A stretch of DNA of 64,000 bases. Origin: a virus. Within the stretch, counting starts at the first letter, position 1; each line of letters starts with the position of its first letter. Position numbers and translations under genes: made by a program. Below are positions 19,023 to 27,992 of the stretch, one piece after another. The notes beneath the pieces are model-generated. The model was given only the letters and a program-made list of their open reading frames with translations, had not been told where the DNA came from and ran no database searches. The stretch covers positions 14,890 through 78,889 of IMG/VR virus record IMGVR_UViG_3300028131_000005. One strand, given 5' to 3'.

Positions 19023-19819
19023 ATTTAATTTACTATTATCATTTACCTAAATGCGCCGGAACTTTCATTGCTAGGAATTTGCAACAAAACGCTGATAGCA
19101 ATATTCATCCAAAAAGCCCATATTTAGAATCAGAAATAGAATTACTCAAAAATAATAAAAATCTAAAAGATAAAACAGGAAAGAGTATTTGTTACAATTT
19201 TAATAGACTTCCTGTTTCATCTCTTAAAGATCTCGGAGTAAGAAATGAGTGTAGTAGACAAATAAACGATTTTTTAGACAATATAATTAATAGCAGATTC
19301 GATACTGTCTATGTTCATCATCACATGGGATATCCTGGTATATTTGATTTAAAAGATAAATTAATAAAATTAAGAACAGCTGTTGAATCCACCGGCGGTA
19401 AACTTTTTCTTTTTACATGTATTAGAGAAACTGTAAGTTTTATAGAATCCAAAATTAATTATCAAGCAAATAACAGAAATAACGATACAGATATTCAAAG
19501 ACAAATAAAAACAAAGTCTCAACATAATGCACAGTCCAAATATCTATTACATAATCATTCTAATTTATGGCCACATCAAAAAATAGATATTATGCAAGAA
19601 GACGTAATAGAGACTTATGATTTTTTAGATAAAGTTTACACCACAAAAAATGTAAATTCTATAAAAAACGATATTAGCTCTATAATAAATAAAGAAATAG
19701 TATGGGATACGACTAGAAAGAATGTATCTACTAAAACATATGAAATACCGAAAGAGCTATATACTCAATTAAGAGAATTGAATCATATAGATTCTTTTAT
19801 TTATAAAAAATACGAATAA
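19019..19819 (+). CDS. Sulfotransferase family protein
   Basis: YHLPKCAGT, TCIRE...S, N.Q..Y and LN.ID..IY motifs. Confidence 0.7.
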   Translation: MNLIYYYHLPKCAGTFIARNLQQNADSNIHPKSPYLESEIELLKNNKNLKDKTGKSICYNFNRLPVSSLKDLGVRNECSRQINDFLDNIINSRFDTVYVHHHMGYPGIFDLKDKLIKLRTAVESTGGKLFLFTCIRETVSFIESKINYQANNRNNDTDIQRQIKTKSQHNAQSKYLLHNHSNLWPHQKIDIMQEDVIETYDFLDKVYTTKNVNSIKNDISSIINKEIVWDTTRKNVSTKTYEIPKELYTQLRELNHIDSFIYKKYE

Positions 19820-19821
19820 AA

Positions 19822-20541
19822 ATGAAACATATTGCTATCATATCTTATGGTTGTTCTGGTACAAATGCTATTGTTGACCAATTATTAAACAATTCTAATT
19901 TTTGGTTTCATGAGAATAAAGAGCCTTTAAATGTTAATAGAGAACATTATAATGGTTATCTTAAAGATGGAGATGCTCACTGGTACAATGACCATATTAG
20001 TAAAATGATAAAATCTGCTGAAAAAGAAGGAAAGCTTCTTTTAATACATATTAAACCAATGCATTTTTTAGGTCTTAAAGTTGACCTCCGCGAAGGTATA
20101 GAAATGCTATCAGATAAATTTGACTTTGTAACAATCAAAAGAAATAATTATTTAGCCATACTTTCAAGTGGACATTTTAAAAAAGCTAGAAAAATAAAAG
20201 GTTCAAAAACAGTAACAATTGATGAAAATAAAGTTAAATCAATTTTTAACATTTTCCAAAGAATGGATCTGACAAACATCGCTATTCAAGAATATACAAA
20301 ACCAAACACCATACACATTGATTATGAAAAGGAGTTAAATGTTGACACTAGAAATGCAGCAGATAAAATAACCAAGTTTTATAATATTTTTGAAGATTAC
20401 AAATATGAACGAAAAAGGCATAATTTTCATGCTAAGAAAAATCAATGGTCAAATATTTTATTAAAAGAAAAATTAAATAATTTTAAAGATATTGAAAAAG
20501 AACTTTATGGAACTATTTATGAGTGGATGTTAAAAGAGTAA
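19822..20541 (+). CDS. Stf0-like sulfotransferase
   Basis: SYGCSGT loop, EP, KRNN....S, IDYE. Confidence 0.55.
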   Translation: MKHIAIISYGCSGTNAIVDQLLNNSNFWFHENKEPLNVNREHYNGYLKDGDAHWYNDHISKMIKSAEKEGKLLLIHIKPMHFLGLKVDLREGIEMLSDKFDFVTIKRNNYLAILSSGHFKKARKIKGSKTVTIDENKVKSIFNIFQRMDLTNIAIQEYTKPNTIHIDYEKELNVDTRNAADKITKFYNIFEDYKYERKRHNFHAKKNQWSNILLKEKLNNFKDIEKELYGTIYEWMLKE

Positions 20542-20589
20542 GTAAAACAAAATAAAAAAAGGATATATAATAAAACAAAAAGAAAAACA

Positions 20590-20895
20590 ATGGCAGAAAA
20601 AGAACACATATTAGATACTATCTTAAATACGGTTAGAGAATCATTAACCGAAGAAGTCAAAATATTTTTAGCTAGGGATGGAGAAGATAACGAAGTTTTA
20701 GCAGTTGAAACAAAAGATTGGCAGAAAGGTCTTTCAATCGATCAGCTAGTTAACAGTTATGGAACTCTTAGAATCTATCAAACAGATTCAGAAGAAGAAG
20801 CAATTCAACAATTAGCTGCAAGTATTAGATTTTCAATCGATAATATGTTGAAAGAAGAACTTCCTTCTGACGCTGAAAAAGAAGATAAAAAATAA
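20590..20895 (+). CDS. Hypothetical acidic protein
   Basis: ORF after a class II motif. Confidence 0.55.
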   Translation: MAEKEHILDTILNTVRESLTEEVKIFLARDGEDNEVLAVETKDWQKGLSIDQLVNSYGTLRIYQTDSEEEAIQQLAASIRFSIDNMLKEELPSDAEKEDKK

Positions 20896-20901
20896 CCGTT
20901 C

Positions 20902-20975
20902 GGGGGATTAGCTCAGCTGGCTAGAGCACTTGCCTTGCACGCAAGGGGTCATCAGTTCGACTCTGATATCCTCCA
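20902..20975 (+). tRNA. tRNA-Ala(TGC), CCA not encoded
   Basis: Cloverleaf: GGGGGAT/ATCCTCC acceptor, TGC anticodon, TTCGA T-loop. Confidence 0.95.
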
Positions 20976-20979
20976 CAAC

Positions 20980-21006
20980 AAAGCTCTATTAATTTAGGGC
21001 TTTTTT
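20980..21006 (+). terminator. Intrinsic terminator
   Basis: AAAGCTCTA-ttaatt-TAGGGCTTT followed by a T run. Confidence 0.65.
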
Positions 21007-21063
21007 GTTTTAAACAAAATCTAAAAACCTTATATAAAAACCATAACTTTTAAAATTTAAAAA

Positions 21064-21258
21064 ATGAGTGAACGAGAAGTAATGTTAGAACTATTAGAAC
21101 AATTACAAGTTACATTAAATGATGTACAAGAAGATGCTACAAAATTTAGTGAAAAAGGAAACAAAGCAGCTGGTACTAGAGTACGTAAGCAAATGCAAAC
21201 AATTAAGACATTGGCTCAAAACGTAAGAGTTGCTGTTTCAGAAGCAAACAAGGCTTAA
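21064..21258 (+). CDS. Histone H1-like (Hc1-family) small protein
   Basis: KGNKAAGTRVRKQMQ motif. Confidence 0.75.
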   Translation: MSEREVMLELLEQLQVTLNDVQEDATKFSEKGNKAAGTRVRKQMQTIKTLAQNVRVAVSEANKA

Positions 21259-21273
21259 TTGAAGTTTTAATTT

Positions 21274-21296
21274 AAGGGGCTTAACGGCCCCTTTTT
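21274..21296 (+). terminator. Intrinsic terminator
   Basis: AAGGGGC-ttaacg-GCCCCTT followed by TTT. Confidence 0.75.
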
Positions 21297-21327
21297 GAAC
21301 AAAATCTAAAAAGCATATATAATAAAT

Positions 21328-21813
21328 ATGAAACTTATAAAGAATTACATACTTTACCCATTCTTACACTGGTTTGGCTTTTTTCAAGAAATGAGAATTT
21401 GGCTTTTGTTTATGAATAAATCAAAGTCTAATAGAGAATTATTAGAAAAAAATGAATTAAGAGTAGATTGGATAGGAAGAGTTTACGGAGTTGTAAATGT
21501 TCCTGATGAAGTTTTAGGCGCAGCTGAAGAAATTCAACAAGCATATGTTTTAAAAGAAATGGGAAGATTTGGTTCTGTAATGACTGAGTTGAATCTTTCA
21601 AATATTGTATATCCTCAAATGCAAGAAATTAAAGGATCTGGCGCATATTTAGTTATATTTTGGCCAGTACTTGATAAACTTGATTTGATGTCAATTCTTT
21701 TAAATATATTGGGTTCTTCTGCATGGCTTTTTGCGAATTATATAATTATAAAACTTATTATGAAAACAGGTGTTTTATCAATTATCTGGGACTTTATATA
21801 TAATTTATTGTAA
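21328..21813 (+). CDS. Hypothetical membrane-associated protein
   Basis: C-terminal hydrophobic segments. Confidence 0.55.
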   Translation: MKLIKNYILYPFLHWFGFFQEMRIWLLFMNKSKSNRELLEKNELRVDWIGRVYGVVNVPDEVLGAAEEIQQAYVLKEMGRFGSVMTELNLSNIVYPQMQEIKGSGAYLVIFWPVLDKLDLMSILLNILGSSAWLFANYIIIKLIMKTGVLSIIWDFIYNLL

Positions 21814-21928
21814 AATATGGAAGATTTAAAAAAATACGCAGACGAAATTTCTTTTAGGTTATTGGCAACTAGAAATCACGAAGATTACGAATGGCTTTTA
21901 GAAATTTTAAAAAAAGTTAGAGATAATA

Positions 21929-22120
21929 ATGCTGATAAAAGTAAAGAAGATTGATATAATCAAGGAGTTTGAGGTAGAAGTAGAAGGAGAAACCTTTATT
22001 TTTAAAATCGTAAGAAATGGTAATGCAGTATCTTACTTTATAGATAACCTGCCTTATGACCCTAAATCGCCATTTCATGATGAATTCATGAATCATTGGC
22101 CAAATTCATTTCAAATATGA
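21929..22120 (+). CDS. Hypothetical protein
   Basis: ORF track. Confidence 0.45.
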   Translation: MLIKVKKIDIIKEFEVEVEGETFIFKIVRNGNAVSYFIDNLPYDPKSPFHDEFMNHWPNSFQI

Positions 22121-22878
22121 TAGAAGAAATAAAAAGAGTCTATAAAGAAGACGGAAAACGTTTTTATGAAGTGACTCAAGATGGTAAAGTTATAGCAACT
22201 TTGCCCTCAGTAACAACCGTTATGGGCTCTATGGCTGATAAGTCTGGCCTAGAAAAATGGCGGCAAAGGGTTGGTGAAGAAGAGGCTGATAGAATCAGTA
22301 AACTTTCGATGAATAGAGGGACCATCATGCACCGACTTATAGAATTATATAAACCCCTGCCAGGTTCACCTCAAGAAAAGAGAGATTATTTAGAAGACAC
22401 TGCAGCAAAAGATTCAGAAGTTATAGAAATAACAGATCTTGAAAATGGACAGCTTTACTATAATGAGGCTTGGAAAATGTTCGATAAGTTCTGGTACAAT
22501 AATAGTAGATTTTTTGGAAAGGTTGATGAAGTTCTAGAATCAGAAAGATTTTTATGGACTGTCAAAGGTGGTGAATTCGCTGGAACCCTGGATAATGTAT
22601 CAAGATTAAAAGATGGTACTGTAAAAATCATTGACTATAAAAACTCTAGAAAACCTAAAAGAAGAGAATGGATTCAAGATTATTTCAGACAGACTGCAGC
22701 CTATTGGATTGCTTATTGGGATAGAACTGGAATAAAAGCAGATGGTGCTGAGATATGGATAGCCAATGAAATAGATTTAATGCCACAATGTTTTGAACTC
22801 ACTAAGGATGACTTAGAATATTATTATAAGAGTTTCATGGAGATAAGAAAAGCTTTCCGTGACAAATTTAATTATTAA
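22117..22878 (+). CDS. PD-(D/E)XK (Cas4-like) exonuclease
   Basis: PSVTTV, RGTIMH, GTLD, IIDYKNS, Q.AAY; ATGA overlap start. Confidence 0.85.
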   Translation: MIEEIKRVYKEDGKRFYEVTQDGKVIATLPSVTTVMGSMADKSGLEKWRQRVGEEEADRISKLSMNRGTIMHRLIELYKPLPGSPQEKRDYLEDTAAKDSEVIEITDLENGQLYYNEAWKMFDKFWYNNSRFFGKVDEVLESERFLWTVKGGEFAGTLDNVSRLKDGTVKIIDYKNSRKPKRREWIQDYFRQTAAYWIAYWDRTGIKADGAEIWIANEIDLMPQCFELTKDDLEYYYKSFMEIRKAFRDKFNY

Positions 22879-22913
22879 ATTAGATATATAACTTATTAAA
22901 AAAAAATAGAACT

Positions 22914-23216
22914 ATGAATAAATTCAATCAATTTTTTAAAGAACACGGAATAAAAGTACTTTGTGTGCTTTTACTCTTAAATTATTTCAAGTCATGTTCA
23001 ACTTCAAGATCTGTAGCTAGAGTAGATGAAAACATCGAAGTGGTAGATAATAAAGTTGAAGAGATTAGAAAAGAATTCGGAGAGAAAATCATATCAGCTC
23101 CAGAAATGATAGAGATTATTAAAAACACTCCAGCATGGAGAACTCTAGAAATAGAAGAATTAAGTGACAAGAATAGAATTCCAATTAATTCTTTTAAGAA
23201 TAAAGAAGAAAACTAA
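22914..23216 (+). CDS. Hypothetical membrane-anchored or lipoprotein-like protein
   Basis: N-terminal hydrophobic stretch followed by Cys. Confidence 0.5.
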   Translation: MNKFNQFFKEHGIKVLCVLLLLNYFKSCSTSRSVARVDENIEVVDNKVEEIRKEFGEKIISAPEMIEIIKNTPAWRTLEIEELSDKNRIPINSFKNKEEN

Positions 23217-23830
23217 TGAAACCAAGTTTAGTAAGAAAATTCATTATAGGAATATTTTGTTCACTTTATATCCTAGTATCATTAATATCAACTGTCCACG
23301 TTATTGACTTTTTTGAAATAGCAAACCCAAGTTGGATGGCGATAACCTTAGCAATAGCTTTTGAAATTGGAGCAGCAGCTTCTTTAGCCTCTCTTGTTAT
23401 TTTAGACAAGATGAATAAAAGTTTAGTTTGGGCCCTTTTTATAGCAATTACATTAATGCAGATGCAGGGAAATCTTTATCATGCATTTACCCATATCGGA
23501 GACTATACCCAATGGTCAGAATTGTTTTGGTTATCTGAAGAAGAGCCATTATTTCAAAAAAGAGTCTTTTCACTTGTTGCTGCTGGTATTTTACCTTTAG
23601 TCGCTTTAGGGTTTATTAAGTCCTTAGTAGACTATATTAAACCAGGAGAGACTGAAGAACTTAAAGAAGAGTTAGACGATATTTTAGATCCTCCAGGAAA
23701 TCCAGAATACATGCCACATGATTTTGAATTATATCCAGAAGAGTCTGAAATAGACCCTCTAGATATTGCTACTAAGGAAAATGAAGATAATAAAAGGTCT
23801 AATATTTTAAAAGAAGAGGATGATAAATGA
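23216..23830 (+). CDS. Multi-pass membrane protein with acidic tail
   Basis: Four hydrophobic segments. Confidence 0.6.
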   Translation: MKPSLVRKFIIGIFCSLYILVSLISTVHVIDFFEIANPSWMAITLAIAFEIGAAASLASLVILDKMNKSLVWALFIAITLMQMQGNLYHAFTHIGDYTQWSELFWLSEEEPLFQKRVFSLVAAGILPLVALGFIKSLVDYIKPGETEELKEELDDILDPPGNPEYMPHDFELYPEESEIDPLDIATKENEDNKRSNILKEEDDK

Positions 23831-24248
23831 TATAGGTTTTAGATTACCTGATCTGTATTTAACAAAGCCGATAGAAAATAATTCTTTAAAAAATATTAAA
23901 GATGAAAGCTTCACAGTTATCAAAAGAATCTTTATGATAAAAAGCGAAGTTAACTCAGATTATTATTTTATGGACTTAGACGTATCTTCTGGCTTTACTC
24001 TTTCAGCTAGAATAATACCCAACTACATTATTGCTGGAAGTGCTGCTAAACAATTAAAAAATGCAGCCATAAAAAATCAGAACACAGAAGCCCCTCATTT
24101 TAGAATAAAAGTATCTCTTTATAAAATAAATGAATATAAGCAAATTTGGAAGTTTGAACATTTTACTAAAAATGAAAGTGAAATATATAAAACAATAAAA
24201 CAAATAAAAGAACACTTGAACTATGAGCTCAAAAAATATAATTCTTAA
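23820..24248 (+). CDS. Hypothetical protein
   Basis: ORF track. Confidence 0.5.
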   Translation: MINDIGFRLPDLYLTKPIENNSLKNIKDESFTVIKRIFMIKSEVNSDYYFMDLDVSSGFTLSARIIPNYIIAGSAAKQLKNAAIKNQNTEAPHFRIKVSLYKINEYKQIWKFEHFTKNESEIYKTIKQIKEHLNYELKKYNS

Positions 24249-25128
24249 ATTTGGAAGCGAAGGAGAACTTGTTGGAATACTGCAAGGAATCTTAGGTATC
24301 AGGGTAGATAATCACTTTGGTAAATTAACACACACTGCGGTAACAAAATTCCAAAAATCAAAAAAATTAGCAGCAGATGGCATCGTAGGTCCATTAACAT
24401 GGAAGTCTTTAGGATATGACCCAATAGAATTTGAATTAGACACTGATAGGTCTTCATACGAAAATTGGATAGAAAAATATCATCTTCCAAAAGGAGAATA
24501 TATTCATAAAATAACTAATAAAGAATGGATAATGCTGCACCATACAGCAGGAAGACATAACCCTTACAAATGTATAGACCATTGGGCTAGAGATAGCAGA
24601 GGTAGAGTAGGTACCAATTATGTAATTGGCGGTACGTCTTCAAATGGAAAAGATACAAAACATGATGGTAAAGTCTTAAGAGCAATTGATGATGAGTACT
24701 TTGGATGGCATATAGGAAAAGGTGGAATCTATGCACTTAAAGAAAATTCAATAAGTATAGAAGTTTGTAGTGCAGGTGGTTTAAAGCAGAAAAATGGAAA
24801 ATGGTACACTTGGTTTAAAGAAGAAGTTGACCCAAGTCAAGTTTGTATTTTAGACAAACCCTTTAGAGGATATAAAGCATTCCATAAATATTCAGAAGAA
24901 CAAATAAAATCTTTGAAAGCACTTTTAATATTTTTAGGAGAAAAGCATTCAATCAATATAAAAGAAGGAATGGCAGCAATGCTTCACTCAAACGTTAATG
25001 CATTTGAATGGAATAAAGCAGTATGTGAAGGTAAAATAAAGGGAATCATAAATCATACAAATGTCAGAAAAGATAAAAGTGATATGTTTCCACAGCCAGA
25101 ACTTATAGAAATGCTATTAAGTCTTTGA
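24223..25128 (+). CDS. Endolysin: peptidoglycan-binding domain plus N-acetylmuramoyl-L-alanine amidase
   Basis: LQ..LG..VD..FG..T..AV..FQ....L.ADGIVGPLTW; LHHTAG, WH, SISIEVC, H...R.DK.D..P. Confidence 0.88.
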   Translation: MSSKNIILKFGSEGELVGILQGILGIRVDNHFGKLTHTAVTKFQKSKKLAADGIVGPLTWKSLGYDPIEFELDTDRSSYENWIEKYHLPKGEYIHKITNKEWIMLHHTAGRHNPYKCIDHWARDSRGRVGTNYVIGGTSSNGKDTKHDGKVLRAIDDEYFGWHIGKGGIYALKENSISIEVCSAGGLKQKNGKWYTWFKEEVDPSQVCILDKPFRGYKAFHKYSEEQIKSLKALLIFLGEKHSINIKEGMAAMLHSNVNAFEWNKAVCEGKIKGIINHTNVRKDKSDMFPQPELIEMLLSL

Positions 25129-25158
25129 AACTAATTAAATAAACCTTATATAATATTT

Positions 25159-25353
25159 ATGGAAAATAAAGAAATGACATTACAAGAAGCAGTAAAAGTT
25201 CTACATCAAGTTGCAGAATTAGCTCAAAAAGCTGGAATACTTTCGATGCAGGATGCAGCATTAACATTTAGCGCAGTGAATGTAACTACTAAAGAAATAT
25301 TGAATAACTTTCCAGTTGACAAAAAAAGTGACCCTGCGTTAGCTGAATCATGA
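25159..25353 (+). CDS. Hypothetical protein
   Basis: ORF after a class II motif. Confidence 0.5.
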   Translation: MENKEMTLQEAVKVLHQVAELAQKAGILSMQDAALTFSAVNVTTKEILNNFPVDKKSDPALAES

Positions 25354-25547
25354 ATCAGGAAGTTAAAGAAATATTAGATAATATCAATAAACTTCAAAAA
25401 GAACTAGAAGCAATTCAAGAAAACTGTACCCACGAAGAATACAATATTGAATTGATAGAGGGAAGTTTAAGAAAAGTCTGTAAGGCTTGTAAGAAAAACA
25501 TAGGATACGCTAGTCAAGAAGACTTGGCAGGATCGGGATATATATAA
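25350..25547 (+). CDS. Small Cys/His (zinc-binding-like) protein
   Basis: CxH...CxxC. Confidence 0.5.
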   Translation: MNQEVKEILDNINKLQKELEAIQENCTHEEYNIELIEGSLRKVCKACKKNIGYASQEDLAGSGYI

Positions 25548-25558
25548 AAAACAGCATT

Positions 25559-25846
25559 ATGAAAAATAATATAAATAAATTCTTAGAGCTTTTTTCAGAC
25601 TTTGATTTAGTAGTAACAAAGTCCGGTAAATATTCAGAATCAGATGAATATTATAGAGAAGTTGTAGAAACTGAATTAACTCTTTCTGAGCAAGACCTTA
25701 AAAGAAATATTAAAAGATTAGAAAAAGAATACTCTGCCGCTAAAAGAGCATGGAAAGCTGGTAAATTACAAAGAGAAGAACTTTTTGATTATGAGTGGAG
25801 ATTATATGAGTTAAAAGAAGAACTCAAAAAAATCCAAGGTGAATGA
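25559..25846 (+). CDS. Hypothetical protein
   Basis: ORF preceded by GATATATATAA. Confidence 0.5.
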   Translation: MKNNINKFLELFSDFDLVVTKSGKYSESDEYYREVVETELTLSEQDLKRNIKRLEKEYSAAKRAWKAGKLQREELFDYEWRLYELKEELKKIQGE

Positions 25847-26148
25847 AAGAACTTGTTTCAAGTCACATTATAGAGTGGGCATTAATTGCCCTTTCTGCAT
25901 TTTTAGGATTTGCATTAAAAGACCTAATACAAAACTTTTTTATAGGACTTCAATTCTTATGGGGTCATGATTTTGATGTAGACGATATTGTATACATTAA
26001 AGGAAATAAAAAGGCAAGAATAGTCAGACAAAATATATGGAAGACAACATTTTATGTTTTTCCACATCAAAGAAAATTCATTATTCCAAACTCTATGCTT
26101 TGGAAACTAGACATAGAAAAACAATTACCCTTAAATAATAACGATTAA
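25843..26148 (+). CDS. MscS-like small membrane protein
   Basis: TM then FALKDLIQNFFIGL...F.VDD.V.I and IPNS, typical of MscS TM3 and beta domain. Confidence 0.6.
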   Translation: MKELVSSHIIEWALIALSAFLGFALKDLIQNFFIGLQFLWGHDFDVDDIVYIKGNKKARIVRQNIWKTTFYVFPHQRKFIIPNSMLWKLDIEKQLPLNNND

Positions 26149-26160
26149 ATCTAAAAACAA

Positions 26161-26433
26161 ATGTTAAGTTCTCTATTTTATGGCTTTTTTGGAGCCGCAT
26201 TTCTAGTATTTTTAAATTACATGGTCCTTAAAGTTTACAAGCAATTTCCTAAATATGGCATAGGACTTGTATGGGGAAGTCTAGGTATCAAACTTATATT
26301 TCTTTCAGGTTTTACTCTTATGATGAGAGAATTCATAAATCAACCAGTCATGTATGCCTTTCTTATTTTAGCAGGCGTTATATTTTCTAACATTCAAACT
26401 TTATTAACTTTAAATAAAAACGGTGATATATAA
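26161..26433 (+). CDS. Three-TM membrane protein
   Basis: Hydrophobic profile. Confidence 0.55.
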   Translation: MLSSLFYGFFGAAFLVFLNYMVLKVYKQFPKYGIGLVWGSLGIKLIFLSGFTLMMREFINQPVMYAFLILAGVIFSNIQTLLTLNKNGDI

Positions 26434-26439
26434 ACCGTT

Positions 26440-27027
26440 ATGAGCCCAAACGAGTTAAACGAAGCAAAACCCTATAAAGACAAAGGAAAGATTCTAGTGT
26501 TCGATCTTGATGACACCATTATAGTATCGGCAGCCAGAATCTGGGTAACCAATAAAACTACTGGTGAAAAGTTCTCTTTGACACCAGAAGAGTTTAACAC
26601 CTTTCAAAAGAAACCTAGCCAGATTTTAAATTTTGATGAATTTCAAAGTTTAGAAATTATGAAAGCTGGGAAGTTGATTAATTACTATTTCAAAATCTTT
26701 AAAGAAGCATATAGAAATAAAATAGCAATTGCTATTGTAACAGCAAGAGATGACCATAGAATGATTTATAGATGGTTAAAGGAGCATTTGAAATATCCAA
26801 TAGATTCAGATTTAGTTTTTGCTGTAAATGATAACGCACACCATAAATTTAAAGGTGATATTGCTGATAGAAAAAAGGAAGCATTTAGAGAAATTATTGA
26901 TAAAGGTTTTAATGACCTGCAATTCTACGACGACGATGATGCCAACTTAAGATTAGTAAAATCTTTAGAAGACGAATATCCAAATGTGACCATTTCTACT
27001 ATTAAGGCGAAAAAAGCACATAGATAA
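26440..27027 (+). CDS. HAD-superfamily phosphatase-like protein
   Basis: FDLDDT, IVTAR, K, FYDDD motifs; N-terminus MSPNELNEA. Confidence 0.75.
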   Translation: MSPNELNEAKPYKDKGKILVFDLDDTIIVSAARIWVTNKTTGEKFSLTPEEFNTFQKKPSQILNFDEFQSLEIMKAGKLINYYFKIFKEAYRNKIAIAIVTARDDHRMIYRWLKEHLKYPIDSDLVFAVNDNAHHKFKGDIADRKKEAFREIIDKGFNDLQFYDDDDANLRLVKSLEDEYPNVTISTIKAKKAHR

Positions 27028-27659
27028 TGAATAAAATACCCAGAATAATCCATCAAATATGGATTGGTCCAGACCCAATTCCACAACATTGCACGGAATT
27101 TTCAGAAGAAATGAAAAAAATGCACCCTGAATGGGAGTATCATTTATGGGGCAATGAACTATTTACAGAGTTATATAAAGATGACATCTTTTTACAAAAT
27201 TATATAAAAAATCCAAAGCTATACAAATGGGCGTATATAAGTGATAGGGTAAGGCTCCTATTATTAAGAGATTTTGGAGGAGTTTATGTTGATGTTGATT
27301 CGAAACCAATAAGACCTTTCGACATTATTTTAAATAAATGTAACGATGAGCATACTTTTTTTGCTGGAATTAAAAGAGTAAGATGGAACGACAAGGTTAA
27401 TGAAGAAAAAATGGGTTGGATTGTAGACTGTACTGTTTACGGCGCTGCAAAAAATTCTAGAACTATAAATTTAATATTAGGAACTTATAATAATGTTAAC
27501 TGGGCAAATGGTGGAAGAATGTTTAGCAATGAAATATTAAATAATATAGACACTGATATGCTGATTTTAAGTAAAGACTATTTTTATTCAAATAGTATTA
27601 ACGATAAGACAATTATTTTGCATGATGTAAATCAAACTAGACTTAATTCATGGAGGTAA
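27027..27659 (+). CDS. Glycosyltransferase, DXD sugar-binding (GT32/OCH1-like)
   Basis: IPRIIHQIWIG, SDRVR, GGVYVDVD. Confidence 0.88.
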   Translation: MNKIPRIIHQIWIGPDPIPQHCTEFSEEMKKMHPEWEYHLWGNELFTELYKDDIFLQNYIKNPKLYKWAYISDRVRLLLLRDFGGVYVDVDSKPIRPFDIILNKCNDEHTFFAGIKRVRWNDKVNEEKMGWIVDCTVYGAAKNSRTINLILGTYNNVNWANGGRMFSNEILNNIDTDMLILSKDYFYSNSINDKTIILHDVNQTRLNSWR

Positions 27660-27719
27660 TAAACTTTTCTGAATTTCATGTATATATAATATAATAAACC
27701 CTAAAAACATTTATTAAAG

Positions 27720-27893
27720 ATGGACAGAATTTCAGAAGAAGCCAAAACTTCTGAAATGAAACCAATTCAACCTCAGGAGGAGTTTGAAAAAACCTTACAA
27801 CAAGAAGATCTTTTCGGTATCTTCTTAAGCGAAGGTACAGATGATGAATCAGATGATGATATGTTTCTTTTCGGAGTAGGTGGCCCAGCTTAA
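27720..27893 (+). CDS. 57-aa acidic peptide in its own transcription unit
   Basis: Read manually; class II motif at 27661 and terminator at 27900. Confidence 0.6.
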   Translation: MDRISEEAKTSEMKPIQPQEEFEKTLQQEDLFGIFLSEGTDDESDDDMFLFGVGGPA

Positions 27894-27899
27894 AACATT

Positions 27900-27923
27900 A
27901 AGGACTCTAAGGAGTCCTTTTTT
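27900..27923 (+). terminator. Intrinsic terminator
   Basis: AAGGACTC-taag-GAGTCCTT followed by TTTT. Confidence 0.75.
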
Positions 27924-27924
27924 A

Positions 27925-27992
27925 TGCCCTCAGATTTTTACTTGTCGTTTATTATGATTATATTTATACTATATAAAATCAATATATAACTT
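27925..27992 (+). promoter_or_regulatory. Tandem class I motif and class III motif (AATATATAA-CTT-ATG) upstream of the CCA enzyme
   Basis: TGCCCTCAGATTTTTACTTGTCGTTTATTATGATTATATTTATACTATA then AATATATAACTTATG. Confidence 0.65.

Noticed and set aside
22117-22878. Cas4-like nuclease as evidence of a CRISPR-Cas locus
   Set aside because: No array or other cas genes, and no Fe-S cysteine cluster; stand-alone PD-(D/E)XK exonucleases are common in large phages.
22914-25128. Holin/spanin cassette upstream of the endolysin
   Set aside because: Membrane proteins are present but show no recognisable holin or spanin signature.
25559-25846. MKNNINKFLELF (also MAQLINKFEK at 29150 and MSPNELNEA at 26440) as further leader copies
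   Set aside because: Only partial matches; not counted in the family without an HMM test.
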